A stretch of 64,000 nucleotides of DNA. Origin: Octopus sinensis (taxonomy: Eukaryota). The stretch is taken from positions 39,680,001 to 39,744,000 of the forward strand of contig NC_043003.1 in NCBI RefSeq assembly GCF_006345805.1. Direction: 5' to 3'. The notes under the pieces are model-generated. The model saw nothing but the letters and a program-made list of their open reading frames with translations, did no database searches and was not told where the DNA came from. A program made the position numbers and the translations under genes. Shown here one piece after another: positions 25,722-38,759 of the stretch. Numbering within the stretch: position 1 is the first letter of the stretch; each line of letters opens with the position of its first letter.

Positions 25722-26015
25722 GAAGGCGTGTGGCTTAGTGGTTAGGGCATTCAGCTCTTGATTGTAAGGTCGTGAGTTCGATTCCAAGCATCCTTGAGCA
25801 AGACACTTTATTTCATGTTGCTCTAGTCCACTCAGCTGGCAAAAATGAGTTGTACCTGTATTTCAACTTTGTGTCATGCTGAATCTCCCTGAGAACTACG
25901 TTAGAGGTACACATGTCTGTGGATTGCTCAGTCACTTGCATGTTAATTTCACGAGCAGGCTGTTCCATTGATCGTATCAGTTGGAACCCTCATCATCGTA
26001 ACTGAGAGAGTGCCC
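25722..26015 (+). mobile_element. tRNA-derived CORE-like SINE (separate family)
   Basis: tggcttagtggttagg, gagttcgattcc, ccttgagcaagacacttta. Confidence 0.7.
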
Positions 26016-26948
26016 CTATTTATATATATATGCATATATATATATGCATATATATATATATATATGCATATATATATATATATATATATATATAAAGATA
26101 GATATATATATGTATATATACACATACACACACACATAGTTGAATAGTGAAGGATACTAATATCTACTCAGTTTCAGCAAACAAATACATATGCACACAT
26201 GTGTGCATATAGGTTTGTGTATGCATATCTACGAATGGTTCTTTTGTCATATAACTACTGAACCTGACTACTCATCTCTATGTGTACTTAGTCCCTTGTG
26301 TATTTATATTACCTGCTTCAGAAGCCACGCACCACGCAAGAAAATAAAATGAAACCATCATCGATAAGTAGAGGAAAACGAGGCTAATCTTAAGCATTAC
26401 ATATCAATATATATTACTTATTTATTATCTCCTATAAAACATTCTAGTTAGGTCATTTAAACTGTGAAGAAGCCATTAAAATTGGCAGGAAACTGAACAG
26501 AGATTAGCAATCTTTTACTGCTCAATTGAACTATTGATTGATCAGTCAAATCCCACTTGTTGTTTTTGTGACCACCAATGTAAACATCATCCTTGAGTTG
26601 TGGTAGTGGTGATGGTTGTTGGCATTGTTGCTGAGTGTTAGGTGTTGTTCAGTGGTAGCTAGACATTAAGTTTGAGTTTCGAAACATAAAAGCGACTAGT
26701 TTTATATATATGTTAGGTGTAAAATTCTTTTATTCTTTTACGTGTTTCAGTCATATGACTGCGGCCATACCGAAGCACCACTCTGAAAGGTTTTAGTCAA
26801 ACAAATCGACCCCAAGACTCATTCTTTGTAAGCCTACTACTTATTCTATCGGTCTCTTTTGTCAATGCACTAAGTTACAGTGACATAAACACACCAGTAT
26901 CAGTTGTCAAGCGATGGCAGGAGGACAAACACAGAAACACAGACATTA

Positions 26949-26979
<31 letters not shown>

Positions 26980-26986
26980 AATTAAT

Positions 26987-27029
<43 letters not shown>

Positions 27030-27139
27030 CGACAGGTTTCTTTCAGTTTCTGTCTACCAAATCTACTCACAAGGCTTTTGTCAGCCCGGGTCTAGAGTAG
27101 AAGACACATAAGAGGTGCAACAATATTAAAGGAAGGCTA

Positions 27140-28425
27140 ACTGGGAGGATAGGTGTTTGTATGTGGCAGATGCTCAGGAGCAATAAATACTAAAAATGTA
27201 CAGAGAACAACTTCCACCACATTCCAGGGAGAAAAACTAGAAGTAGTTGATAGCTTCCATTACCTAGGTGACCAAGTCAGTAGCGAGGGGAGGGTGTTCT
27301 GAAAGTGTAGCTACTAGAATAAGAATAGCCCGGGCAAAGTTCAGAGAGCTCTTACCTCTGCTGGTGACAAAGGGCCTCTCGCTCAGAATAAAAGGTAGAC
27401 TGTATGACGCATGTGTACGAACAGCCATGCTACATGGCAGTGAAACATGGGCTGTGACTGCTGAGGACATGCATAAGCTCACAAGGAATGAAGTCAGTAT
27501 GCTCCGATGGATGTGTAATGCCAGTGTGCATACTCAACAGAGTGTAAGTACCTTGAGAGAAAAGTTGGACCTAAAAAGCATCAGATGTGGTGTGCAAGAG
27601 AGATGACTGTGCTGGTATGGTCATGTGGCAAGAATGGATGAGGATAGTAGTGTGAAAAAGTGCCACGCTGTAGCGGTTGAGGGAACCTGTGGAAGGGGTA
27701 GACCCAGGAATACCTGGGATGAGGTGGTGAAGCATGACCTTCAAACATTAGGCCTCACCAAGGCAATGTCTAGTGAACGGGACCTTTGGAAATATGCTGT
27801 GCTTCAGAAGACCTGGCAAGCCAAGTGAGACTATAACCTTGTGACCTATGCCATGGGTGTAACCAGCCCACTAATGTATACTGTTCCTTCATTGGACACT
27901 AAACTCTGCTTGCAAAGACCTGTTGAGGCAAGTGAAATCGAAATAAAATTCGATGACTGGCATCCATGTCAGTGGAGCGCTAAGAGCACCATCCAAGCGT
28001 GATCATTGCTAGAGCAGCAAACTGGCTTCTGTGCTGCTGGCACATAAAAAGCACCATCCAAGCATGATCGTTACAAGCATCACCTCACTGGCACTTGTTC
28101 CGGTGGCATGTGAAAAAACATTTGAGTGAGGTTGTTGCCAGTGCTGCTGGACTGGCTCTAGTGTAGGTGGCACATAAAAAACACCATTTGAATGTGGCTG
28201 TTGCCAGTGCCGCCTGATTGACCATCATGCAGGTGGCACGTAAAAGCACCCACTACACTCTCTGAGTGGTTGGCATTAGGAAGGGCATCCAGCTGTAGAA
28301 ACTCTGCCAGATCAGATTGGAACCTGGTGCAGTCATCTGGTTCACCAGTCCTCAGTCAAATCATCCAACCTATGCTAAATAATGGCAAGTGTCTTCTACG
28401 TTAAACGATGATGATGATGATGATT
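27140..28425 (+). mobile_element. 5'-truncated RTE LINE (RT C-terminus plus repeat-containing 3' UTR)
   Basis: VVDSFHYLGDQ...KGRLYDACVRTAMLHGSETW...WYGHVARM...GRGRPRNTW; (GAT)n tail. Confidence 0.9.
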
Positions 28426-29394
28426 ATGATGAATGGGCTTCTTTCATTTTTTATTTACTGAATCCACTCATAAGTTACCCAAGATGCTATGCAGTGGGAC
28501 TGAACCTAAAACCATGTGATTAGGAAACAAACGTCTTACCACCAAACCCATACCTGTGCTTAAAAAAGAGAGATCACATGAACTGGTTTCAACCATGTTG
28601 GGATTTCATTAGTAGGATGCATACCATCTTTAAGTGTCCACAGAGATCTTACTTATAATCTCACTATTTATTTGGGACTGAAATAGATAAGATAGACTAA
28701 TATAGTGCTCGAATTTTGGCAGAAAACCAGGAATTTCAGAGATGTGGGTATGGGTTAAGTCATTTGCATTGAGCCCAGTGCTCAGCTGGTACTTATTCTA
28801 TGAATCCCGAAAGGATGAAAGGCAAAGTTTATTTCAGAAGAATTCGAACTCAGAAAGTAAAGATGGATGAAATGTCGCTAAGCATTTTCCCAGATGTGGA
28901 GGTACATGGCCTAGTGGTTAGAGCAGCAGACTTGCTGTTGAGGGATTGCAAGTGTGTGTTTATGAATGAAACACCTAAACTCCACCTGGCTCTGGCAGAA
29001 GGTAATGGCGAACTTCTGCTGACTCTCTTGCCACAACTTCCTCTCACTCTTTCCTCCTGCATCTAACAACTCACTTGCAATGGACCGGCATTCCATCCAG
29101 GTGGGGAACCTATACACCAATGAAGCCAGAAAACCGGTCCTTATGAGCCAGACTCAAGAAGGAACAAACAACAACAACATTTTCCCAGATAGACTAATAT
29201 TAGTTTTAAATTTTGGCACAAGGCCAGCAATTGTGGAGTAGGGTGCAAGTCAGTTATATCAACCCCTTGTTTACAACTGCTAATTATTCTCTCAACCTGC
29301 AAAAGGATAAAAGACAAAGCTAACCCCAGCAGGTTGCCACTCTCCAGCATGTTAACAACTCTGCCAGCTCACCACCTAAAGATGGATTAATATT

Positions 29395-29835
29395 CTTTTC
29401 TATTCTAGACACAAGGCCTGAAATATTTGGGGAAGGGGCCAGTCGATTAGATCAATCCCAGTACACAACTTTTACTTAATTTATCGACCCCAAAAGGATG
29501 AAAGAAAAAGTCAACCGTGGCAGAATTTGAACTCAAAATGTAAAGACAGATGAAATACCACTAAGTATTTTGCCCAGCGTGCTAATGTTTCTGCCAGCTC
29601 GCTGCCTTAAGATAGATTAACACACTTTTCTACTCTAGGCACAAGGCCTGAAATTTTAAAGGAGGGGGCCAGTTGATTAGATCGTTCCCAGTACACAACT
29701 GGTACTTAATTTATCGACCCCAAAAGGATGAAGGGCAAAGTTGACCTCAGCAGAATTTGAACTCAGAACATAAAACCAGACGAAATACCACTAATCATTT
29801 CACCCAGCGTGCTAACATTTTTGCCAGCTTACGAT
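29395..29835 (-). mobile_element. Two tandem tail-B SINEs
   Basis: Separated and flanked by three copies of aagat(a/g)gattaa; CpG-decayed. Confidence 0.8.
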
Positions 29836-30463
29836 CTTAAGATAGATTAATATTAATAGCATATTATAGACAGGTGGTTTGATTAATAAATAATTTGTGT
29901 GTTCTTTTCACAACAGCAGGGTGTGAGTTGAGAGAAATTTGGTTGTTATTTCTAGCAGTTTAGCAACTAAATAAATGCTCCCACAGTGTATGTGGTAGTG
30001 GCTGTAGTAGTAGTAGTTATAGTAATAGTAATGGTGATGGTAGTGGTGGTGGTGGGGTGGCGATGATACATGGTGATGGTAATCCTTCTGGTTGTGGGGA
30101 TTCAGATATATAGCAAAAGACACCCTCACTAGTGAAGTGACATGCTACAGGCATGGACAAGACATGGTAACATCCCTGCCCACCACTAAATCCTTAATAG
30201 CTAACCTCCATCCCCAACCCTTCCACTAACAACTCCACCACCTTTATTTTCTATTTATTCTCACAAGTAAACCCGGTCAACTGAGCAATTAACTAATCAA
30301 TAATTAGTCCACTAGAGAATTGAACAGTCCACCTGAAAATTGACAAGTTTCATGAGTCAAATGACAAGGTTACCAGTTCAATGACCGACCAATCAATCAT
30401 GTGCATGTGTGTGAATGTGTGTGAATGTGTGTGTGTGTGTGCATGTGTGTGTGCGTGTGCATG

Positions 30464-30498
<35 letters not shown>

Positions 30499-30504
30499 GT
30501 GCAT

Positions 30505-31650
30505 ATGGGAAGATAGTTTTTGTGTGTGGCAGATGCAGAGGGGCAATAAACACCAAAGATGTACAGAAAAGAGATTCCATCACATGCCAGGGGGAGAAAC
30601 AAGAAGTAGTTGATAGCTTTCACTACCTATGTGACCAAGTTTGTAGTGGGGGGTGGTTACTCTGAGAGTGTAGCGGCTAGAATAAGAATAGCCTGGGTAA
30701 AGTTCAGAAAGCTCCTACCTCTGCAGGTAACAAAAGGCCTCTTGCTCAGAGTGAAAGATAGACTGTATGATGCATGTGTGCGAACAGGCATGCTACATAG
30801 CAGTGAAACATGGGCAATGACTGCTGAGGACATGTGTAGGCTTGAATGAAATGAAGCTAGTATGAGCCGCTGGATGTGTAATGTCAGTGTGCATACACAA
30901 GAAAGTGTAAGCACCCTGAGAGAAAAGTTGGACATTAGAAGCATCAGATGTGGTGGGCAAGAGTGATGACTGTACTGGTATGGTCATCTGCTGCATATGG
31001 ATGAGGAGAGCTGAGAAGAAGTGTCACCCTAACCCTAACAGTGGAAGGAACCTGTTGAGGTGGTAGACGCAGAAAGACATGGATGAGGTGGTGAAACATG
31101 ACCTTCGAATGTTGGGCCTCACAGAGGCAATGACAAAAGACCAAGACCTTTGGAGATATGCTGTGATTGAATAAACCCGGCAAGTAAAGTGAGATTGCAG
31201 CCATGGCCGATACTAGTGTCACATAACCAGCCCATTTAAAAATACGCTTGAATTGTTGGGTGATATACTGTGCTTGAGTCAAGTGAAATACCTATTGAGT
31301 CAAGTGAAATCGAAATCATAGCCATGGCCAGTGCTGGTGGCATGTAATAAGCACCATCTGAATGTGGTTGATGCCAGTGCTCCCTAACTGGCTCCTGCGC
31401 TGGTGGCACAAAAAAAGCACCATCTAAATGTGGTTGATGCCAGTACCGCCTGACTGTCTTCCGTGCCAGTGGCACACAAAAAGCACCCACTACACTAGCA
31501 GACTGGATCGGTTTAGGAAGAGCATCCAGCTGCAGAAACCTTGCCAGATTAGGTTGGAGCCTAGTACAGTCTACTGGCTTGCCAGTCCTCAGTCAGACCA
31601 CCCACCCCATGCCAGCATGGAAAACAGACGTTAAATGATGATGATGATGA
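30505..31650 (+). mobile_element. Second 5'-truncated RTE LINE of the same family
   Basis: Homologous to 27140-28425 with frameshifts. Confidence 0.9.
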
Positions 31651-31697
31651 TATATGTATATATACATGTATACATACATACATATATATACACACAC

Positions 31698-31728
<31 letters not shown>

Positions 31729-32545
31729 ATGATGATGATATATCTACTAATATGTGGAAATCGGTGGGTGTGTTTGTTTGTGGTATTGTTATCCAACTCC
31801 TCCTACATTGTTTTATCGATTTTGATGAAACTTGACACGTGAGTAGAACTCATGTCTGGAAAACTAGTGACATACTTAGATTGTTGAGAAAATCAACAAT
31901 ACGGCCCCCTGGAAGGGATTCTTATATCTACTACATATAACTAATAGCCCATTCACTCCTGAAAGGATCCTTATATATAGCCAATGGACATAACCCATTC
32001 ATATTCGTAAATTATTTCATATAAATCAAATTGAATATGCTTATTTCTTTGCATTCGAACTATTTGAGTTATTTTTGCAATTTATCCAGTACAACACTTA
32101 AACAAGTAAATAGTATTTTCCTAAACAATAGATCCACTTATTTCAGTTAGTGGCTTATTCACAAATATACCAACACTAGCACCGCTGAGAGTAATATTCT
32201 CTGTGAACACACAAAAGCTGTTTCCAGAGTTATTTACTTTGAATTGTTATCTCATATCTGATTAGTCTGTTATTACGTAACCTGCTTCACGATTTTAGCA
32301 TACATACTTTATTAGTATTTCTACTAAGTTGTATATACCCTGGGAATGTATTAAAGCCCTTTTCGGGGCTACTTTATTTGAATTCTCACTATAGGGTAAT
32401 TAATTTCATGTTATTACATAACTGGTTTCACAATTTGGGTATTCATAACTTACTGGTAATTCCTAAAAACAAGATCCTGTATAAGACAGTTCAGTATTCT
32501 CAAAAACCATTTTAAGGGCTACATACTTTGTATTGTTTTTATTAG

Positions 32546-32608
32546 ATTAGTGAAACAATTATGAGAACAGAACCAGGGGATAAGCCCCACTTTCCTGGGA
32601 ATTACTGG
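32546..32608 (+). CDS. Candidate 63-nt internal exon ISETIMRTEPGDKPHFPGNYW
   Basis: ttgtttttattag| ... TGG|gtatgt, open in phase 0/0, GC-richer than flanks; protein not recognised. Confidence 0.3.
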
Positions 32609-32779
32609 GTATGTCAGCTAGTATATATATATATATGACTGAAACAAGTAAAAAATAAAAGATGAAGGACTGAATGATAGTGAATGTGGAGAACTATATG
32701 GTGTGTGATTATATGGCAATAACTATAAAATCAATGTGAATGATTGTGATGCATGGTAGTGAAACATGTACAAGAGCAC

Positions 32780-33130
32780 TCAGAGCACCAAGGCAACATC
32801 AACATCCTCTAAATGATTAGCCGGAGATAATTTTTAAACTGAGAATATCTTAAATAAACTCGACTGCTCTCACAGACAAGAATACTAAAAATGAACCCGA
32901 CCACTCTCAAAAATTAAGTAAAAAAAAAAAAACAAGAAAAATAATCCAGAATCCTTGTCTGGTACCAGATTGATCCAAAAATCTAATCAGTTCATGTCAG
33001 TCACGAGGCCAACCAACCTAGAAAGTTTCACCTGAATCTATCCAGCGGTTCTTGAGATATCTTGTCCACAGACAAATAAGTAAACACAACTGAAAACAAT
33101 ACCTCCGCCTTCGCTAAGGTGGAGGTAATA
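32780..33130 (+). mobile_element. Helentron/HINE-like non-autonomous element
   Basis: 3' hairpin cctccgcctt-cgct-aaggtggagg followed by taataa. Confidence 0.45.
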
Positions 33131-33314
33131 AATGTAAAAAGTATGACATGTGGTAGATGAATACTGGAAAGAAGACAATACCATACAAATATGCGATTAG
33201 ATGATACATTGATTGGAGATGAAAATTTTAATGATTTTTGTTCTTTTCTTTCATTAATGACTTAGAAGAGGAAAAGCAGCATTTATGACCATTTTCAGAG
33301 CCCTCATAAACTAG

Positions 33315-34504
33315 TATTTGGTTGTTCCAAAAATAATGACCGATTTCAGAAATGTAATTTTATTCTGGAAAAATTAATAAAAATGTTTTGATTAGTGAAA
33401 GTATGAGCCGTGAACACCTATGCATCTCTGCCATCAGTCAACAAGATTATTTATGCCTGTTGATAAAAACTTATTGGCTTTGATGCTAAGAAATCTTTGA
33501 AAGCTGATTCCACCTCTGGTTTGGACCTGAAAGTTTCATCACTTAAAAACGTGTTTAAATGCTTTAAAAAATGGTAGTCAGTGGGTGAAAGATCAGGAGA
33601 ATATGGAGGATGTGGTAAAGTCTTGTATCCCAAGTCTGTGAGTTTCTGCAGCGTCATTCTTGCAACATGTGGCTTTGCATTATCGTGGAGCAGAATTGGG
33701 CCATACCGATTCACCAATGCAGGTTTCATTTTTTGCAAGTGAGCATGCATTTCAGCAAGTTATTTGCAGTAAACCTCTGCTGTAATACTCTGATTGGCTT
33801 CCAGAAAGCTGTAATAGACAACACCAATTGCGGACCACCAGACAGTCACCATAATCCTTTGCTGATGCAACTTTGGCTGTGGGAAATGTTCGGGGGACTC
33901 ATCATGATCAAACCATTAACCTGATCATTTATGGTTATCAAAAAGGATCCACTTTTCTTCACAAGTGAATATTCGGTAAAGAAAAGGATCATTAGTATTT
34001 TGCAGAAAGAGCATCGAGCACACTCCAAAATGCCAAACTTTTTGATTTTCATTGAGCAGTATCCATTTATTGAGCTTTTTCACCTTACCAATCTTCTGCA
34101 GATTGCATGAGACTGTTGCAATACCAACACCAAGTGCCTGAGACATTTCTCTGACACTTTGACATGGGTTTTGTTCAACGATTGCTTTCAATTGTTCATT
34201 GTCAAGACTTCATGACTGTCTTCTACCTTCTTCATCTTCAAGGCTCTCATCACTACTATGGAATTTCTGAAACCACCTTCATGCAAGAAAAGTAAGCAAA
34301 AGTCCTTTTTTGTCATGTTCATAGTTACTTGAGGCCTATGCTTCAAGAATGTTTTCTGTTTGAAATAAGTAGAAAATTATTAAAGAGCATACATCAATTA
34401 TTAAGTATGTCAAAATTCATCTAAAATATAATTAAAGACGATGATAAAATTGTGTTTCAAAACACAACACTTAGAGCGGCCATTATTTTCAGAACAACCT
34501 AATA
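33315..34504 (-). mobile_element. Near full-length decayed mariner (DD34D, Mos1/Hsmar-like)
   Basis: TIRs tatttggttgttccaaaaataatg / cattattttcagaacaacctaata with TA ends; motifs TCEEKWILFDN, LLHDNAKPH, HPPYSPDLSPTDYHF. Confidence 0.92.
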
Positions 34505-35912
34505 GAAGCCAGTTCTTTTCAGACAAGAGACCCAGCTCCTGTACTTGCATCAGAAAGGACTCTGCTAAAAGACATACAAGGGGCAGTTTAAAGCAGGCAA
34601 CAGATTAAGTCTACCAGACAATAAAAGACAATTAAGGACTGAAGGATACAGTCAGATTACAAATGAATTTATTAAGTTTTACACACGATTGTATGTTAGT
34701 ACCTCTTTACCTGCCTGTTTGTCTGTCTGTACATATGTACCTGCGTATGCATGTGACTATAACATTATAAAGACATTTATCCTTTTGTGACTTACTTAGA
34801 TCTGACAGGATCCTTGAACTCATGCAGCCAAAGCTTAATCTGGTTTCTATGGTGTTTAAGTGACAGAGATTACAAAACTCCCCACTGAATGGGACACCAA
34901 TCCATCATAGGGGTTAACTTTCCAGTTATCTGCAGGAGTTCATCTGCAACTGAGTGGACTGGGGCATCATGGAATTAAGTGCTTTATTCAAGAACACAAT
35001 ACTACATCCTGTCTGGGAATCAAAATTGCAATTGTAACTTTCAGGTCAGGTGCCTTCACTACCCTTTTGTGACCATATTCTTAATGGAATACACTAATTT
35101 TATGTTTCAGTTAATATTGGTTTCAAATTTTGGGGGAGGAGACTAGTTAATTACACCGACCCCAGGGTCCAACCAGAACTTATTTTAAAGTCACCCTTGG
35201 TAGAATTTGGACTCAGAACATAAAGATGGACAAAATGCCACTAAAGCATTTTGCCAGGCATGCTAACAATTCTGCCAGTTTACTGCTCTATATGTTTCAA
35301 TTAGTATTGAAAACGACCAAGAAATAGCTAGATTTAGTAAAACAAGTTTGTTGTTAATAAGCTCATGGTTGGAGGATAACCTGAAAATAGACTCTTAAGA
35401 TGAAGGAGGGTGTATATTTAAACTATGAATTCTTTATAATGCTTTTGATTTCAGAACAGGGTCAGTAATTTTTAAGAGAAGGTTAGTTAATACTATCAAC
35501 CCCAGTACTTGATTTGTACTTTATTTTATTGACCATGGAAAAGATGACTGTGGTAGGAACATAAAGAGTTGAAAGAAATCATTTTGTTCAATGTACTAGC
35601 AATTCTGCTACAGCATCATTCAGATTACTTTGTTGAATGTGTGATGCATTATCTCGCTGCTTTAAAATTCCAATGATTTGATAATATTTCTTTAGAATGA
35701 CATTACTGGGTAGGTGTAAGAGGCTGGATCTGGCTAGTTTGAACATGAAATAAATAGAATATTTGGGTTGGATATGAATGGTTTAAATGCTAAATTGCTA
35801 ATTCTTTATAAAGAATATGAAGCATAAAATCTGAGGCATTTGCTGTGGAACAGCAAGCACTAAAAAGGTTAAATCTGTTCTCATTCTTTCCTTCCCACTT
35901 TCTTTCTCTCAG

Positions 35913-35942
35913 CTCATCTCTAACAAACGTGGTGAATACATG
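35913..35942 (+). CDS. Candidate 30-nt exon LISNKRGEYM
   Basis: Long polypyrimidine tract ...ctttctctcag| and ATG|gtatgc; phase 0/0. Confidence 0.35.
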
Positions 35943-37107
35943 GTATGCCTATTAGTAGAGTCTAGTCATTAATATAGCAAACCAGATGTCTACCTTAATT
36001 AAAAGGTTTACATGGTGATGAGTGGCAGAATCAGTGAAGCATAAAACTAAATATCTTAAGCGTACGTTGTTACATAACTTCATAGCCTGGATTCAAATAC
36101 CATTAAGATAAACTTTGTCTTAGATTCTTTGGAAGCTGATAAAAGTAAAAAACATCAGTAATATACAGGTATTTATCAATATTTCTGTCTAATGAGCTAG
36201 TTGTTTGTGTTGTCTAATCATCACTCAAGTGAGAGATTTATAAATTTGTATATAAATGTTTGCAAATAGGGCAATGGTATACACATACATACAGATATAT
36301 CTTTTATCGGATCGCCTTATCGGCAATCTTTCGTCTCTAGATCGCCCTTTTATCTTTTTTTTTTTCACTTTTTACTTGCTTCAGTCATTAGACTGTGACC
36401 ATGCTGGGGCACTGCTTTGAAGAATTTTAATTGAATGAATCAGCCCCCCACCCAGTACTTCTGGTACTTATTCTATCAGTCACTTTTGCCAAACCACTAA
36501 ATTACAGGGACGTAAACAAAACAACACCAGTTGTTAAGCAGTGGTGGGGGACAAACATGGACACAAAGATACACAGATATATACATATTCATATTCATAT
36601 ACATACGTACATATATATATATATATGCGACAATCCTCTTTCAGTTCCTATTTACCGAATCAATTCACAAGGCTTTGGCTGGCCCAAAGGTGCAGTGGGG
36701 TTGGACGTGGATCCATGTGGTTGCCATGCAAATTTTTTTACCTCACAGGCAGAGAGAAAGAATATGATTGAAAAGAGGGACTCAGATCAATGGAAATAAA
36801 TGAACGCGTACACACAGACAGACAGATAGGCTTTGAAGCAAAATATAGATGTGCACAACATGTTGGTAGTTACCTGTTTGCCCAAAAAGATGAAATGTGT
36901 GTGTGTGTGCTTTTGTATGTATGCATGAATGTATGAATGTATGTATGTGTGTGTGTGTAGGGGGTGTATGGATGGATGGATGGATGGAATTGAATGGTGT
37001 TGTCTATTTTCAAACAATGTCATACAGACTTTGCATGGAATGCAGTCAATTACACCTTAATTCATTAAGCAGGTAATTCAGCTGCTCAGACATCTGAATT
37101 CTCATCA

Positions 37108-37159
<52 letters not shown>

Positions 37160-37213
37160 ACACACACATAAACACACACACACATACACACGTACATAGA
37201 TAAGGCTTCAAGA

Positions 37214-37441
37214 TACGAAGGAGTGCTGAAAAGTCCCTGGCATTAAGGGGGTCGCGAAAGGCTTGTTTGGAGGCCCAACCTTACGAGTTCTTTTACAGGA
37301 CTTAGAAAAAACTGAAGGACACACGCATTGCAGCAGTCCTTCAGTTTTTCTAAGCCCTGTAAAAGAACTCGGAATGTTGGGCCTCCAACCAGACCTTTCG
37401 CGACCCCCTTAATGCCAGGGACTTTTCAGCATCCCATCGAA
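37214..37441. mobile_element. Fully palindromic mariner-type MITE
   Basis: tacgaaggagtgctgaaaagtccctggc ... gccagggacttttcagcatccc; arms about 105 bp. Confidence 0.85.
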
Positions 37442-38117
37442 TGTATGTATGTATGTATGTATGTATATATGTGTGTGTATGTGTGTGTATGTATGTATGT
37501 ATGTATGCATGTATGTATGCATGCATGTATCGACGGACGGACGTCAGGGATAGGTCGCCTACATACGTTGGAATTTCTCTGTTTTGACAGGGATTTTTCA
37601 AATTTTTTTCTCCCGATACCCTTGGAAATGATGGTGGGGGGGAGACATCTTTTTAGCAAAAAATTTTCGAGGAATAATGACTTTTTTTTTTTTTAATACA
37701 TAAACATGCACATACACATCCCATAAATATTCGTGCCCACACACAATTATACATACTAACATTACCACAAAGGACGTATCAACAACCGGTGCCATTTCAG
37801 AGTGTACAAGAATATCAAAATTTTGAAAGCTTACCAAATTCCTGTTCCTCCTCGCCATGGTTCTTTGTGAGTTGCCTTGGACCATACTCATTCTGCTAGT
37901 TTCACAACTTTCACTTTGCTAGAGCGACTAAGTGAATACCAAAATCTCGACATAGATTTAGATTTAGGAACCGACATAGCATACTCGATATTATTCGATA
38001 TTATTATATCGTCAATTATAAGTAAGGTCCTCTACTGGGTTTCATGTTGAAAATATTATAAAGCTCAAGTACGTTTGGTTTTACAAACGAGATAATGAGG
38101 ACCCGATATGTGAAGCG

Positions 38118-38190
<73 letters not shown>

Positions 38191-38759
38191 CTCCTTCTAA
38201 GTTAAAGAAACATTGTCATGCATATATGTGTGTGTTTATGTAAGAGTGTGGGTGTATTGAGAGATGTATGGTTAATTTGCAATTATAAATCAATGCAATA
38301 AAACCACTCAGTGTAGGTGTAAATAGCTAAGTATTTATGAGTCTGCGTGCGTTTGTGTGTGGGTGTGTGTTTGTGTGTGTGTGTCTGTGTGTGTGTTGTG
38401 TGTGTTGCGTGTGTATTTGTGTGAATATATACAAGTGCGTGCGTATTCAAACAATTTATGCCCAATTTATATCTGATCAAATTCTAATAACGCGTGTATA
38501 TAATCCATATGAAAAAAAATGATCAAGTGCACGAGAGTGTGTGTGTGTATGTGTGCGTGTGTGTAGAGGGGTGTTTGTGTGTGTGTGTGTGTGCTTGTGT
38601 AATGTATGTATCATTTGAGAGCAATTAAAATGATATTTATCCAGCAAAACAATTCTTTATAGCCATATTCGATTTGTTTTTTTACTTAGATTAAGTTTTA
38701 TACATACATGTGGACATGTGTATTTGTGTATCTATCTGCGCGTATGAGTGAATGTGAGT

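Noticed and set aside
27950-28270. Repeat-spacer-like array
   Set aside because: Not CRISPR: degenerate tandem units within a LINE 3' UTR, eukaryotic context, no cas genes.
35285-35381. Open minus-strand exon-like stretch LSSNHELINNKL...
   Set aside because: The donor coincides with a SINE boundary; likely chance.
13350-37918. Single stitched five-exon minus-strand gene model with matching phases
   Set aside because: Required choosing weak splice sites to fit; the product is unrecognised and the model is overfitted.
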